From the NCBI GenBank assembly GCA_963750165.1, contig CAVVPN010000012.1:128001-192000 (forward strand): a DNA stretch of 64,000 nt. Reading direction: 5' to 3'. A program made the translations under genes and the position numbers. Source of the stretch: an uncultured Gemmataceae bacterium. GTDB lineage: Bacteria; Planctomycetota; Planctomycetia; Gemmatales; Gemmataceae. This document shows positions 63,301 to 64,000 of this stretch, in pieces (within the stretch, counting starts at the first letter, position 1; each line of letters begins with the position of its first letter). Below the pieces are notes generated by a model that was not told the origin of the DNA, did not search any database, and saw only the letters and a program-made list of their open reading frames with translations.

Positions 63301-63729
63301 TCACTGCTTGACGCGCTCATACACCACCAGGGCGCGCGAGGTGCCCTCCGCGGTGCGGAACTCGTTGGGCCGCGGGTTGGGCGCGACGCAGTAGCAGACG
63401 ATGAGCCGGTCGTCCTTCAGGTAATAGATACCGACCGACTTCAGGCCCTTGTTGGCCCCTTCGAGGATCTCCGTATTGATGTGGCCGGGATCCTTGGTCC
63501 CGTCCAGCTTGATGGTGCCGGCCATCGTGTCCTTGCCGGCCTTCATCTCAAAGCGGCTGCCCCGGATGGTCATGCGGTCGGTGGCGAAGCCCTTTTCGAG
63601 CTTCTTGCCGTTGATCTCGACCGATACGGTGCGCCAGGCTCCCTGCATGGCCTTGAGGTCGCGCTTGCCCGCGTCGTCGCCGGCGCCCAGCAACAGCCCT
63701 AGCAGTAACGTCGCCGCCTGTGCGGTCAT
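63301..63729 (-). CDS. TIGR03067 domain protein
   Basis: DLKAMQGAWRTVSVEING...LDGTKDPGHI...GIYYLKDDRLIVC...RPNEF. Confidence 0.88.
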   Translation of the reverse strand: MTAQAATLLLGLLLGAGDDAGKRDLKAMQGAWRTVSVEINGKKLEKGFATDRMTIRGSRFEMKAGKDTMAGTIKLDGTKDPGHINTEILEGANKGLKSVGIYYLKDDRLIVCYCVAPNPRPNEFRTAEGTSRALVVYERVKQ

Positions 63730-63818
63730 GGTCGGTCTCCCGGTGAGGGTGATACACTTTCCCCCGAGCGTACCACTTTCCCGCAGCGTAATCCAGCGGT
63801 AGGATGCCCCGAGACCGA

Positions 63819-64000
63819 TTGCCACAGCAAGGGGAAGACGGGTCATGCCAACCCAGCGGCTACCCCTCCCACGTCGCGCGCGAGGACGGCAACCAGTGTC
63901 AGCTGAAATGGACCGCCAACCTGGAGCAGGGGTTGAAGGGCTACCGCGTCTACCGCATGGAAGGCCCACGCATCAACGGCCCCGGCCAGAAGGTGACGCG
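63819..64000 (+). other. Open frame with FN3-like motif running off the window end (gene fragment or start)
   Basis: Manual translation from TTG 63819: ...DGNQCQLKWTANLEQGLKGYRVYRMEGPRINGPGQKVT. Confidence 0.4.

Noticed and set aside
66..63969. Many long antisense or alternate-frame ORFs (e.g. 66..1136, 21243..23909, 45800..47641)
   Set aside because: Shadow ORFs typical of high-GC DNA, lying opposite well-supported genes.

Overview
GC-rich bacterial chromosome segment with a Planctomycetota (Gemmataceae-like) signature: a DUF1559 prepilin-type gene, TIGR03000 and TIGR03067 domains, an LEPRxLL-type leader, ECF-linked Ser/Thr kinases and large WD40 proteins. From left to right: (1) a Calx-beta surface protein and a DUF1559/lipoprotein pair that share a 38-bp upstream motif; (2) an ~11-kb catabolic or stress cassette (SDR, GH15 glucoamylase, pyruvate oxidase, enolase-superfamily enzyme, FAD/Fe-S oxidoreductase, DUF296) bracketed by 124-bp direct repeats; (3) a Rrf2-sufB-orf-sufC-sufD-sufS/sufE(fused) Fe-S operon; (4) secreted proteins; (5) an ECF sigma followed by two tandem membrane Ser/Thr kinases with variable TPR arrays; (6) a truncated trmJ, a histidine kinase, a WD40 protein and a MATE transporter; (7) an ECF/anti-sigma/LCCL operon; (8) a redoxin, a coiled-coil protein and a TIGR03000-methyltransferase fusion; (9) a sigma54-driven two-component system next to an uncharacterised exported protein, MFS, metallophosphoesterase and anion permease; (10) a decayed HEPN-type module, a divergent PncB-like gene, a kinase, nagA and a TIGR03067 gene. 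Intergenic regions hold several REP-like palindrome families. About a dozen small frameshifts, mostly in homopolymer or GC runs and also in sufB, sufD and sufS, look like long-read errors. No tRNA, rRNA, CRISPR array, integrase or transposase was recognised. All family calls come from reading motifs by eye, not from database searches.
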